Positions 50,739 to 59,529 of a DNA stretch of 64,000 nt are shown here, in pieces. This DNA is from Acidobacteriota bacterium (lineage in GTDB: Bacteria; Acidobacteriota; UBA890; WLXD01), in assembly GCA_963666055.2 (NCBI GenBank), contig CAXWPH010000014.1, forward strand, positions 96,001 to 160,000, given 5' to 3'. Both the position numbers and the translations under genes were made by a program. The notes under the pieces are model-generated. The model saw only the letters and a list, made by a program, of their open reading frames with translations, made no database searches and was not told the origin of the DNA. The stretch's first letter is position 1. Each line of letters begins with the position of its first letter.

Positions 50739-51998
50739 TCAGCTCAGCGCCTCCCAAAGGTCGAGCACCGCCAAGGCCATCACCCGCGTCGAGGTAATGA
50801 TGTCGTCGACAGCGCAAGACTCGTCCGCCTGATGGGCCTGCTCGAGCTCACCAGGACCATAGGCGATACAGCTGTCGACACCCGCGATTCCGGACACGTG
50901 CTTGTGGTCGTAGGTCCCGGGGCTGGCGACCAACTGCGCCGGTTGCCCGACGATCTCGAAGACGGCGCGCTCGAACGACTGCACCAGCGGCGAATCCGCC
51001 GGGGTTGCCGTTGGCTGCACAACGAGCAAGTCCACGAGCTCGAACGCGTCCGCTTCGGGCTCGATGCTGGCGAGCAGCTGCACGATCTCCAGCTTGACCT
51101 CGTCAAACGCCTCCTCGGACAAGAATCGCCGGTCGAAGGTCGCAGAACAGCGGTCGGGAACGCAAGGTGTTTGAGCTGCCGGTCCCGTCTGGCCTCCCTC
51201 GATCGCGTTGACGTTGATGCTGGCGCAGCGCGATCCTTCCGGGACGATCGGCACTCGTGTAACTCGATCTCTCAAGGCCGGCGCCAGGCGGGTGCGAACC
51301 GCTTCGAGGAAGGGCTGCAGACGATCGATAGCGTTGACACCCAGGAACGGCATCGAACCATGTGCCATCATGCCGTTGGCCGTGACCCGGAACCAATAGA
51401 CACCACGATGCCCAAGGCAAACACGGTCGATTCCAAACGGCTCCGGGATCACCACGTGATCGGTGCGGTGCGCGGCGATGCGGCCGATTTTCGCCAGATG
51501 AGCTACGCCGGCCTGGCCGCCGCTTTCTTCGTCGACGGTGCCGCTGACCTCCAATCGCCCGATACGCTGCACCCCGGCGCGGCGTATCGACTCGACGGCA
51601 AAGAGCGCCGCTGCCAGACCTGCCTTCATGTCCGCGCTGCCGCGGCCATACAACCGACCGTTGGCAACCTTGCCGCCGAACGGGTCGACCGTCCAGCCCT
51701 CACCGGGGGGCACCACGTCGAAGTGCCCATTGAAGTGCACGCATGGTCCGGGCGAATCTCCTTCCAACATCCCGACGACGTTGGGTCGGGGAAGGTCCTC
51801 CGGTTGCTGAGAGACTTGGAAAAATTCGACCTCCATTCCGGCGCGCCGCAGATGGTCGGCGATGAGCTCGGCCGCCGCGCGGTACTCTTCGCCGGGCGGG
51901 TTGACCGTCGGGATACGAACGAGCTCGGCGGCGAAGGCGGTGATCTCGTCCGCGGCCGCCTCAACTTCGCGAAGTACCCGTTCCCACACGTTTGTCAT
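50739..51998 (-). CDS. M20 family amidohydrolase (ArgE/DapE-like)
   Basis: HFNGHFDVVP, GRGSADMKAG, DEESGG, AHGS.P..GVNAI, YGPG..QAH..DE. Confidence 0.9.
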   Translation of the reverse strand: MTNVWERVLREVEAAADEITAFAAELVRIPTVNPPGEEYRAAAELIADHLRRAGMEVEFFQVSQQPEDLPRPNVVGMLEGDSPGPCVHFNGHFDVVPPGEGWTVDPFGGKVANGRLYGRGSADMKAGLAAALFAVESIRRAGVQRIGRLEVSGTVDEESGGQAGVAHLAKIGRIAAHRTDHVVIPEPFGIDRVCLGHRGVYWFRVTANGMMAHGSMPFLGVNAIDRLQPFLEAVRTRLAPALRDRVTRVPIVPEGSRCASINVNAIEGGQTGPAAQTPCVPDRCSATFDRRFLSEEAFDEVKLEIVQLLASIEPEADAFELVDLLVVQPTATPADSPLVQSFERAVFEIVGQPAQLVASPGTYDHKHVSGIAGVDSCIAYGPGELEQAHQADESCAVDDIITSTRVMALAVLDLWEALS

Positions 51999-52075
51999 TG
52001 GTGGCCTTGGCCCGTCGGTGGAGTCATTTCTTGAGTACCGTTCGCCCTAACATACTTGCGCACGAACGACGGAGC

Positions 52076-52355
52076 CTAGCAGGCCGTGGTGAAAGTGTGG
52101 TGGGTCTGGCGACAGGGTCTTGCGAAGTGCAGGCAAGGAGAGAGGAGGAGGCGAATGGGTACCCCATCGTTGACGAGGAACGACGCAGCATACGCGCGCA
52201 ACCCCCTGTCGCCCGAAGGGTTACGGCGATTTGGGGCCATTTGCGACGTTGGCCTTTCTGGACGATGGCTAGGGCATCGCCTGTGTCAGGCCGCCTTGCA
52301 TCTGGCCCCAACTCGCCGTAACCAGACCCACCACACTTTCACCACGGCCTGCTAG
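52076..52355 (-). mobile_element. MITE-like element, family 1 copy C (inverted)
   Basis: Perfect 30-bp TIRs with CTAG at 52076-52079 and 52352-52355; the interior is the reverse complement of copies A/B. Confidence 0.88.
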
Positions 52356-52629
52356 TGGCCTGTAACAGATGATCGTTGCATATCGCAGATGGGATTTGCG
52401 GGTGAGATCAAGGCGCGGCGAGGAAGGCGATGCAATGGCCATCGTCGACGAGGCGCAACGCCGAGATCGCCCGCAACTGCCCATCTGTCCGCAGGATGGC
52501 GGCGAAATCGGCCCGTCTGCGGCGTTGCTCCTCCTCCACGATGGGCAAACATCGTCTCGTCGTCGCGCCTGGCATCCGCACCCATTTCGCCACCACGAGT
52601 TGCAACGATCATCTGTTACAGGCCACTAG
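52352..52629. mobile_element. MITE-like element, family 2
   Basis: Perfect 25-bp TIRs (TGGCCTGTAACAGATGATCGTTGCA at 52356-52380, complement at 52601-52625), flanked by CTAG. It shares one CTAG with copy C. Confidence 0.8.
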
Positions 52630-52630
52630 C

Positions 52631-53422
52631 ATGCGGGATACGAGCTTTCGGTTGGATAAAAAGGTAGCTGTGGTATGCGGTGCGGCGTCCGGAATTGGCG
52701 CCGCGGTGGCGCGGGGATTCGGCGCGCGTGGGGCGCGCGTCGTCTGCCTCGATCTCAATGAGGAGGCTGCACGAGAGGTCGCCAAGGCGATACGAGACAC
52801 CGGTGGCGAGGCTAGCAGCAGTCCACTGGACATCCGTGACAGCGGGGCGGTCGGCCGCTCCTTCGGGCGCACAACCGAGCAGCATGACCACATCGACATC
52901 GTCGTTTCGACCCCGAGCGTAAACGTACGCAAGACCGTGCTCGACTACGCTCCCGAGGAGCTCGACCGGGTCATCGACGTCAACCTCAAAGGTACCTTCA
53001 ACGTGCTTCAGGCAGCAGGTCGGATCATGGCAGCACAGCGCTGCGGCAGCATCATCGCCTACTCGTCGATCCGCGCGCTGGTCGTCGAGCCCGGCCAAGG
53101 AGTCTACGCTGCGACCAAGGCCGGCATCGTGCAGCTGGTACGGGCGCTGGCAGCGGAGCTTGGCCCCTCTGGCGTGCGCGTCAACGCCATCGCGCCCGGA
53201 GTGGTCGACACCCCGCTGACCGAGCCGATCAAGAGGAACGAGGGCTGGTACGAGGCTTACGCCGACAGGAACGCGCTTGGGCGATGGGCGCGGGTCGAGG
53301 AGATGGTCGGTCCGGCGGTCTTTCTGGCGTCCGAAGCCGCCAGTTATGTCACCGGGGCTGTGTTGTTCGTTGATGGCGGATGGACGGCGATCGACGGGCG
53401 CTTCTCGCCTCCTGGAATATGA
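52631..53422 (+). CDS. Short-chain dehydrogenase/reductase
   Basis: CGAASGIG, VNLKG, S...YAATKAG, VRVNAIAPG, YVTG..LFVDGG. ATG at 52631; the ORF-track extension runs into the MITE. Confidence 0.92.
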   Translation: MRDTSFRLDKKVAVVCGAASGIGAAVARGFGARGARVVCLDLNEEAAREVAKAIRDTGGEASSSPLDIRDSGAVGRSFGRTTEQHDHIDIVVSTPSVNVRKTVLDYAPEELDRVIDVNLKGTFNVLQAAGRIMAAQRCGSIIAYSSIRALVVEPGQGVYAATKAGIVQLVRALAAELGPSGVRVNAIAPGVVDTPLTEPIKRNEGWYEAYADRNALGRWARVEEMVGPAVFLASEAASYVTGAVLFVDGGWTAIDGRFSPPGI

Positions 53423-53482
53423 GCCCCAGAGGCCGTGGTTGAAGTGTCCGGTTCGAGCATGAACCGTGAACGAGGAGCTGCA

Positions 53483-54454
53483 ATGAACGACCGGCGCTTG
53501 GCCCGAATGCTCCACGACGACGTTCCCACCCTCTTCGAGGCCCCGATCGCCGACCAGGAGTTGTCGGGAGTCGTTCTGCTGGGCGTACCATACGAGGGAG
53601 TCCTGGTAGGCGACCGGCACACGCTGTATCCACCAGGCTCGCGACCGCCCGAGACCTTCTACGCACGCCATGGCGCCGACGCGGCGCCCGACGCAATTCG
53701 CCGAACGAGCGTCATCTACTCGCTCGAGCACGACGGCGGCGTCGCTGCCGAGCTCGATTTCGCCCGGCTGTCGGACGAGCTGCACCTAGTGGACGCCGGC
53801 AACCACTCCCTCGAGAGTTGCGAGCAGCTGGCATGCTCGGTGGCGGAGGCCGGAGGCGTAACGGTCGCCCTGGGCGGCGATCACCTCGTGCCGCTACCTT
53901 TGATCCGCGGGTTGCAGCAAGGGCATCAGCGACGCCTGGCGGTCGTCGTCTTCGATTCGCACCTCGACCTCCACGCAGCTCCTCCGCTATGGGCGGGCTC
54001 GCAATGGCGAACGCTGATCGACGCCGGGCACCTGCGACCCTCCGATCTGACCATTGTCGGTCCTCGCGGCGTACGACATTCCCTGTCGGAGATCGAATAC
54101 GCACGCCAACATGGCGTCCACGTCGTGCCGCTACGCGAGCTCGACGACAGAGGAATCGCCGCCGTTTGTGCGGAGCTGGCCGGGCGTCTCCAAGAAGCCG
54201 ACGCGGTCTACGTGTCGCTCGATATCGACGTCGTAGATCCCAGCTTCTGCCCCGCCCAGAAGTACCCGGACGCCGCCGGACTTGCGCCCCGCGAGATCCT
54301 CAGGGTGATGCACGCGGCGGTTACAGCGGCGACCTTCGCCGGCTTCGATTTGTGCTGCCTATCACCCCGCTATGACGAGGGCCAGCGCGGCGCTCTGCTG
54401 GCTGCACGCTTCGCCCTCGAGGCGGTGTACGCCTGTCGCGGCGCCGTCGGCTGA
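53483..54454 (+). CDS. Arginase/agmatinase (ureohydrolase) superfamily protein, divergent
   Basis: LGVPYE, APDAIR, LGGDH, DSHLD, SLDIDVVDP; a GAGGAG SD precedes ATG 53483. Confidence 0.88.
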   Translation: MNDRRLARMLHDDVPTLFEAPIADQELSGVVLLGVPYEGVLVGDRHTLYPPGSRPPETFYARHGADAAPDAIRRTSVIYSLEHDGGVAAELDFARLSDELHLVDAGNHSLESCEQLACSVAEAGGVTVALGGDHLVPLPLIRGLQQGHQRRLAVVVFDSHLDLHAAPPLWAGSQWRTLIDAGHLRPSDLTIVGPRGVRHSLSEIEYARQHGVHVVPLRELDDRGIAAVCAELAGRLQEADAVYVSLDIDVVDPSFCPAQKYPDAAGLAPREILRVMHAAVTAATFAGFDLCCLSPRYDEGQRGALLAARFALEAVYACRGAVG

Positions 54455-54464
54455 CGGCTCTCAA

Positions 54465-55172
54465 TCACCTCGAGATTGCCGAGCTGGCGCGGTCGGTGAG
54501 CTCGGCAAGCTGCTGCGCGAGCTTTCTGTCGGCGCTCGCGAGCGCCGCGGCGTCGGCATCTCGGGGCACCCACAGATGTGGCCCGTAGACGAAGACGCCA
54601 TGGGCGAAGGGCAGCGGTAGCAGCATGCGGTCCCAACTCCGCAGCCGCCAGCATCGCGAGCAGTCAAAAGCGACCGGTAGCAGCGGCCGACCGGTTGCCT
54701 TGGCAATCCACGTTGCCCCCGGCTGCACGACGCGGGCCGGGCCGCGTGGCCCATCTGGAGTAATGCCCAGGTCGCGGCCGCGCTGCGCTGCCCTGAGCAT
54801 GCCGCGAGCCGCTGCTGCGCCACCGCGCGAACTCGATCCACGCACGGCGTCAACACCCAGATAAGCGAACAGACGGGCCATCACCGCGCCATCGCGCGAG
54901 CGCGAGATCGGCACCGAGGTGGGCGGACGAAACTGTACCCACGGCATCATCACAAGCTGCTCGTGCCAGAAGGTGTAGATAACCGGCCCGCCGTCTTGCG
55001 GAAGAGCATCGGCAGCCCCTTCGCGCGTCACCCGCATCGTGGCGTGCACCATACGCAGATACGCCGCCCCCAACGGAGCGATGAGCGCCCGGGGGCTCAA
55101 CGCACGCAGCACGTCCGTGGCGTCGCTCGCCTCCTGACGACTCGCCATCGGGCCGTTGGCCCGCGATGCCAT
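54465..55172 (-). CDS. DUF374 / lysophospholipid-acyltransferase-family protein
   Basis: FWHEQL, ISRSRDG, VRGSSSRGG, ITPDGPRGP, SWDR..LP.PF. Confidence 0.88.
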   Translation of the reverse strand: MASRANGPMASRQEASDATDVLRALSPRALIAPLGAAYLRMVHATMRVTREGAADALPQDGGPVIYTFWHEQLVMMPWVQFRPPTSVPISRSRDGAVMARLFAYLGVDAVRGSSSRGGAAAARGMLRAAQRGRDLGITPDGPRGPARVVQPGATWIAKATGRPLLPVAFDCSRCWRLRSWDRMLLPLPFAHGVFVYGPHLWVPRDADAAALASADRKLAQQLAELTDRASSAISR

Positions 55173-55214
55173 CAGCGATACTCCGCGTCGCCGCGGCACG
55201 CTACCACGGCGCGC

Positions 55215-57023
55215 TCAGCCTTCGAGGGCAAATCCGGACCCGGCGGCGGCGGCGAAATCCAATGAGTAGAGTCTCTGGTAGGCACCCATACGCGCCAGAA
55301 GCTGCTCGTGTGTCCCCTGTTCGGCCACCCGACCGCTCTCGATCACCACGATGAGATCGGCTCCCTGGATGGTCGACAACCGATGCGCAATGATGAGCGT
55401 CGTGCGGCCTTCCATCAAGTTGACCAAAGCCTCCTGCACCAGCCGGTCTGACCGCACGTCGAGATTGCTCGTAGCTTCGTCGAGGATAAGGATCGGGGCG
55501 TTCTTCAACAACGCGCGGGCGATCGCGATGCGTTGGCGTTGCCCACCCGAGAGCCGCAGGCCGAGCTCTCCGAGGACCGTGTCGTAGCCGCTCGGCAACT
55601 GCTCGATGAAGTCGTGCGCAAAGGCCGCGCGCGCCGCGCGCTGAACCGCCGCGTCCGAGATACCGGGTTGGCAATAGGCGATATTGCTACGGACGCTGTC
55701 GTTGAACAGGATGGTCTCTTGCGTTACCACGGCAATCTGGTTGCGCAGATCGTCGAGGCAAATATCTCTCAGGTCGACACCATCGATACTCACCACCCCC
55801 GCGGTCGGAACATAGAACCGCGGGATCAGGTTGGCGAGGGTGGACTTGCCGGAGCCCGACGAGCCGACCAGCGCCACCGCGCTGCCGGCCCGTATCTCGA
55901 GGTCGATATCGTGCAGGATCCTTTCGTCGGGCGCGTCTTCGTAGGCGAAGGAGACCTGTTCCAGTCGGATTCCCTCGACCAGGGGTGGCATCGGAAGGTC
56001 GGTCGACCTACCCGGGATGATGTTGGCGGTACCGGCCGCAGCGGCGGCCAGCCCGGCTCGCAGCGGCTCGAGCGGCGCGTCGAGGATTTCGTAGATACGA
56101 TCGGCCGCAGCGGCAGCAGCCTGGATCCGTACGTTGGCCGAGCTCAACCGGCGCAGCGGAGCGTAGGTCGCAAAGGCGGCAAAGAGCACTCGCGCCAGAT
56201 CCCCGGTCGAAAGGCTCCCTGTAGTGATTCGCCAGGAGCCGTAGATCATCACCAGAGCACCGGCGCTGGCGGCGATGAACTCGATCAGCGGCGAGCCGAT
56301 GCTGGCCAGCCGTTCGGCGTGCAGCGAATGTCGGTACAAGCGCTCGGCCGATCGGCGGAACTTCTCGGTCTCCGCCTGCTCCATACCGAACGCCTTGACG
56401 ACGCGAATGCCAGTAAGAGTTTCCTGCAACAGCGACGACAGCTGCCCGAGGCCCCGCTGGGCCTCGTGGCTGACCCGGCGCAGACCCTGCCCCAGCCAAG
56501 CAATAACCGCTACTAGCAACGGAGCAACCACCAGGATCAGCAAGGTCAAGAGCCAATCCGTGGCGAACATGATCCCCAAGTAGACCGTCAGCGTGGCGCT
56601 TTCGCGCAACAGGTCGACCAGAACCCGCGTCAGCGCTTCCTGAATCGCCATCACGTCGCTGGTCACACGCGACATGAGACCGCCGGTTGTGCGGCGCTTG
56701 TGGAAGGCGAGCGGCAAGAACTGCAGATGGCCGTAGAGCCGCACTCGCAGATCCTTGACCACCGCGAACCCGACGCTGCCCATGAGGTAGCTGGACGAGT
56801 AACGCGCGATTCCCAGCGTCAGGTACAGGAGCACGACCACACCTGCCAGCATGCGCACATACGACGACTGCGCGCTCGGCTGAAACGCATCGTCGATCAC
56901 CGGCTTGACCATCCAGAGGATGGCGCCGTTGGCCGCTGCCACGACCCCCATAGCCATGATGGCGCCGGACATTCGCGGCGCATACGGCCGGACCATTCTG
57001 AGCAGGCGCTTGAGATTGGCCAT
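55215..57023 (-). CDS. msbA: Lipid A flippase-type ABC exporter
   Basis: Transmembrane domain plus NBD (GSSGSGKST, LSGGQRQR, ILDEATS); directly downstream of lpxB. Confidence 0.85.
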   Translation of the reverse strand: MANLKRLLRMVRPYAPRMSGAIMAMGVVAAANGAILWMVKPVIDDAFQPSAQSSYVRMLAGVVVLLYLTLGIARYSSSYLMGSVGFAVVKDLRVRLYGHLQFLPLAFHKRRTTGGLMSRVTSDVMAIQEALTRVLVDLLRESATLTVYLGIMFATDWLLTLLILVVAPLLVAVIAWLGQGLRRVSHEAQRGLGQLSSLLQETLTGIRVVKAFGMEQAETEKFRRSAERLYRHSLHAERLASIGSPLIEFIAASAGALVMIYGSWRITTGSLSTGDLARVLFAAFATYAPLRRLSSANVRIQAAAAAADRIYEILDAPLEPLRAGLAAAAAGTANIIPGRSTDLPMPPLVEGIRLEQVSFAYEDAPDERILHDIDLEIRAGSAVALVGSSGSGKSTLANLIPRFYVPTAGVVSIDGVDLRDICLDDLRNQIAVVTQETILFNDSVRSNIAYCQPGISDAAVQRAARAAFAHDFIEQLPSGYDTVLGELGLRLSGGQRQRIAIARALLKNAPILILDEATSNLDVRSDRLVQEALVNLMEGRTTLIIAHRLSTIQGADLIVVIESGRVAEQGTHEQLLARMGAYQRLYSLDFAAAAGSGFALEG

Positions 57024-58219
57024 CAGATCGCAGGTTCTTTGGACGGTGCCGAAGTCAGAGTGGCAAGAACGGCCCGCGCGGCGCGCGCCGAAGCACCGGG
57101 TTCGCCGAGTGTCGCGCGCACACCCGTCAGAAAGCGCCTGACCCGAGCCCTGTGCTCTTCGTCGTTCAGTAGCGGCCGCAGCTCGGTGACGATCGCGTCC
57201 GAAGTAACCTGGTGCTGGAGCAGCTCAGGCACGCCGCGGTGCCCGGCGACCACATTGACCAGAGCGATATCTGGGATGCGCACGAGTAACTTTCCGAGAT
57301 TGTAAGTGAGCCAGGATGTCCTGTAAACGACGACCTCGGGCGTCCCGAGCAGTGCCACCTCCAGCGTCGCAGTACCAGAGCAGACCACCGCCGCCCGGGC
57401 ATGTCGGACCGCCTCGTAGGTGTCGTTCTCGATCAGGTGCACGTGCCGCGCCAACTCGGCGCCGAGCCCCTCGAGAATTCGTGTGTAGATCTCGCCGTCA
57501 AGCGCCCCCGCCGCCGGCACGATGTACTCGTAGGCACCCTCGCGGGCCAATTGTGCAGCTGCTGCCAACATCGTCGGCAACAGCCGTTCCACCTCGGCGG
57601 CGCGACTGCCGGGTAGCAGCCCTACCCAAGTGCGATCGAGATCGAGCCCGTGACGCTGGGCAAAGGCGCCCACATCACCGTCGGCCGGGATCACGTCCAA
57701 CAGAGGATGCCCGACGAACTCCACCGGCAATCCAGCTCCTTCGTAGAGCGCCTTCTCGAACGGTAGGATCACCAGCATGCGATCCACCAGTCGTGCAATC
57801 TGCCGTACGCGGCCTCGACGCCACGCCCAGACTTGCGGGCTGATGTAGTAGACGATCGGCAAGTCGGGCCGGACGCGGCGAAGCCGGCGGGCAAGTGCCA
57901 GGTTGAAGTCCGGATAATCGATCAGCACCACGGCGCGAACTCGCCGTATGGTGGCCGCGTCGAGCACGCGGCGCATGGCACGGCGGATATCGCCAAGGTG
58001 GCCGAGAACCTCGGTGATGCCGACCACCGCCAGGTTGCGATAGTGCACCAGCAGTTCGGCCCCGGCCGCGGCAATCAAATCGCCACCGACAGCGATGATG
58101 TCGATCTGTGGCTGTAGCCGCTTGATCTCGCGGATGAGACTGCTGCCGTGCAGGTCGCCCGATGCCTCTCCGGCGACCATGAGCAGGTCGGCATCGAGCT
58201 GCTGCGGTGCCGCCATCAC
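57023..58219 (-). CDS. lpxB: Lipid-A-disaccharide synthase
   Basis: AGEASGD, IDYPDFN, SPQVWAWR, FVGHPL, LPGSR, SGTATLE. Confidence 0.96.
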   Translation of the reverse strand: MMAAPQQLDADLLMVAGEASGDLHGSSLIREIKRLQPQIDIIAVGGDLIAAAGAELLVHYRNLAVVGITEVLGHLGDIRRAMRRVLDAATIRRVRAVVLIDYPDFNLALARRLRRVRPDLPIVYYISPQVWAWRRGRVRQIARLVDRMLVILPFEKALYEGAGLPVEFVGHPLLDVIPADGDVGAFAQRHGLDLDRTWVGLLPGSRAAEVERLLPTMLAAAAQLAREGAYEYIVPAAGALDGEIYTRILEGLGAELARHVHLIENDTYEAVRHARAAVVCSGTATLEVALLGTPEVVVYRTSWLTYNLGKLLVRIPDIALVNVVAGHRGVPELLQHQVTSDAIVTELRPLLNDEEHRARVRRFLTGVRATLGEPGASARAARAVLATLTSAPSKEPAI

Positions 58220-58410
58220 CCCGACACTCCGATCAGTCGCTGAAGCCTCGTGTGCATCGCTCAGAACCCCTCGATCGCCTAGAGGGTACCCGATGCTCCT
58301 CCGCCCTGAGCGCTTCAGGCGGCGATCCGAAGCCCGCGGCGGGCCCCACCCGTGCTACCATTCGAACCCTGCCGCACCTGCCTCCGCCGCGGCAATCCCA
58401 CGCCTCCCGG

Positions 58411-59529
58411 ATGCACGTCTGTATCGACTACCGCCCGGCGCTTCACGAGAGTACGGGCGTTGGCACCTACGTTCGCGGCCTTCTGGCCGCCCTCGTCAGT
58501 GCCTTCCCCGACGACCGCCATACGGCGTTCTCTGCCTCGTGGAAACACCGCCTCGCTTCCATCCCCGACGCTCCCGGCGCTCGGATACGCGACGTGCGTT
58601 TGCCGGTGCGGCTGGTCGACTGGCTGTGGCATCGGCGCCGATGGCCGCCGGTGGAGCGCTGGGTCGGCGCGATCGACATCGCTCACTCGCCCTCGCCGAT
58701 GCTCGTTCCCACGCGTAAGGCCCGTCGGCTGGTCACGGTGCACGACTGCTACTTTGCACGCCGGCCCGACGACGTGTCGGGGGCGGTTCGTCGCGACTAC
58801 GTACCTCTGGTCGCCGACTCCCTGCGCCGCGCCGACGCGGTGATCGCCGTTTCCGAAACCACCAAGCAAGAGCTACAGGAGCTCTTCGATGTGGCGCCCG
58901 AGCGTATCCACGTCACGTACAACGGCGTCGACGCCGCATACGGACGCGGGGATGTGGCAGACAAGCAGGCAACGCGAACAGCGCTCGGAGTCGATCGTCC
59001 CTACTTGCTGTTCGTCGGACGACGCGATCCGCGCAAGGATCTGGCTACCCTGCTGGCGGGATTCGCCCCGCTTGCTGCCCGCCACCCGGATCTCGACCTG
59101 CTGTTGGTAGGCCCGGACGGTTATCGCTGGGAGCGGATATGGGATGCGGCCCCACCCAGCGCACGGCAGCGTAGCCGCTGCATGCCCCACCAGCCGAGCG
59201 CCCGCCTCGCCGCTCTGTATGACGGTGCAGAGGCTCTCGTGCTGAGCTCGCGCTGGGAGGGATTCGGGCTCACCGCCGTCGAGGCCATGGCCTCCGGTAC
59301 GCCGGTCGTATCGTCGCGCGCCGGAGCCCTGCCCGAAGTTCTGGGTGATGCGGCCGCCTGGTTCGATGTTGGCGATGCGGAGGGGATGGCGCAGGCCTGC
59401 GATCGGGTGATCTCCGACTCGAGCTATCGCCAGAGTCTGGTTGCTGCAGGCAACGGCTGTGCGGCTCGCTACACGTGGCAAGACACCGCCGAACGCACCC
59501 GTTCCGTCTACCATCAGCTGCTGGCATGA
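58411..59529 (+). CDS. Glycosyltransferase family 4
   Basis: TGVGTY, TVHD, FVG...RK, S.WEGFGL..VEAMASG.PVV. Confidence 0.92.
   Translation: MHVCIDYRPALHESTGVGTYVRGLLAALVSAFPDDRHTAFSASWKHRLASIPDAPGARIRDVRLPVRLVDWLWHRRRWPPVERWVGAIDIAHSPSPMLVPTRKARRLVTVHDCYFARRPDDVSGAVRRDYVPLVADSLRRADAVIAVSETTKQELQELFDVAPERIHVTYNGVDAAYGRGDVADKQATRTALGVDRPYLLFVGRRDPRKDLATLLAGFAPLAARHPDLDLLLVGPDGYRWERIWDAAPPSARQRSRCMPHQPSARLAALYDGAEALVLSSRWEGFGLTAVEAMASGTPVVSSRAGALPEVLGDAAAWFDVGDAEGMAQACDRVISDSSYRQSLVAAGNGCAARYTWQDTAERTRSVYHQLLA

Noticed and set aside
50832-52034. 400-aa + strand ORF
   Set aside because: Antisense shadow of the M20 hydrolase gene.
52430-52630. 67-aa N-terminal extension of the SDR (and a similar 48-aa extension of FtsY)
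   Set aside because: Read-through into MITE sequence; homology starts at ATG 52631 and GTG 9906 respectively.
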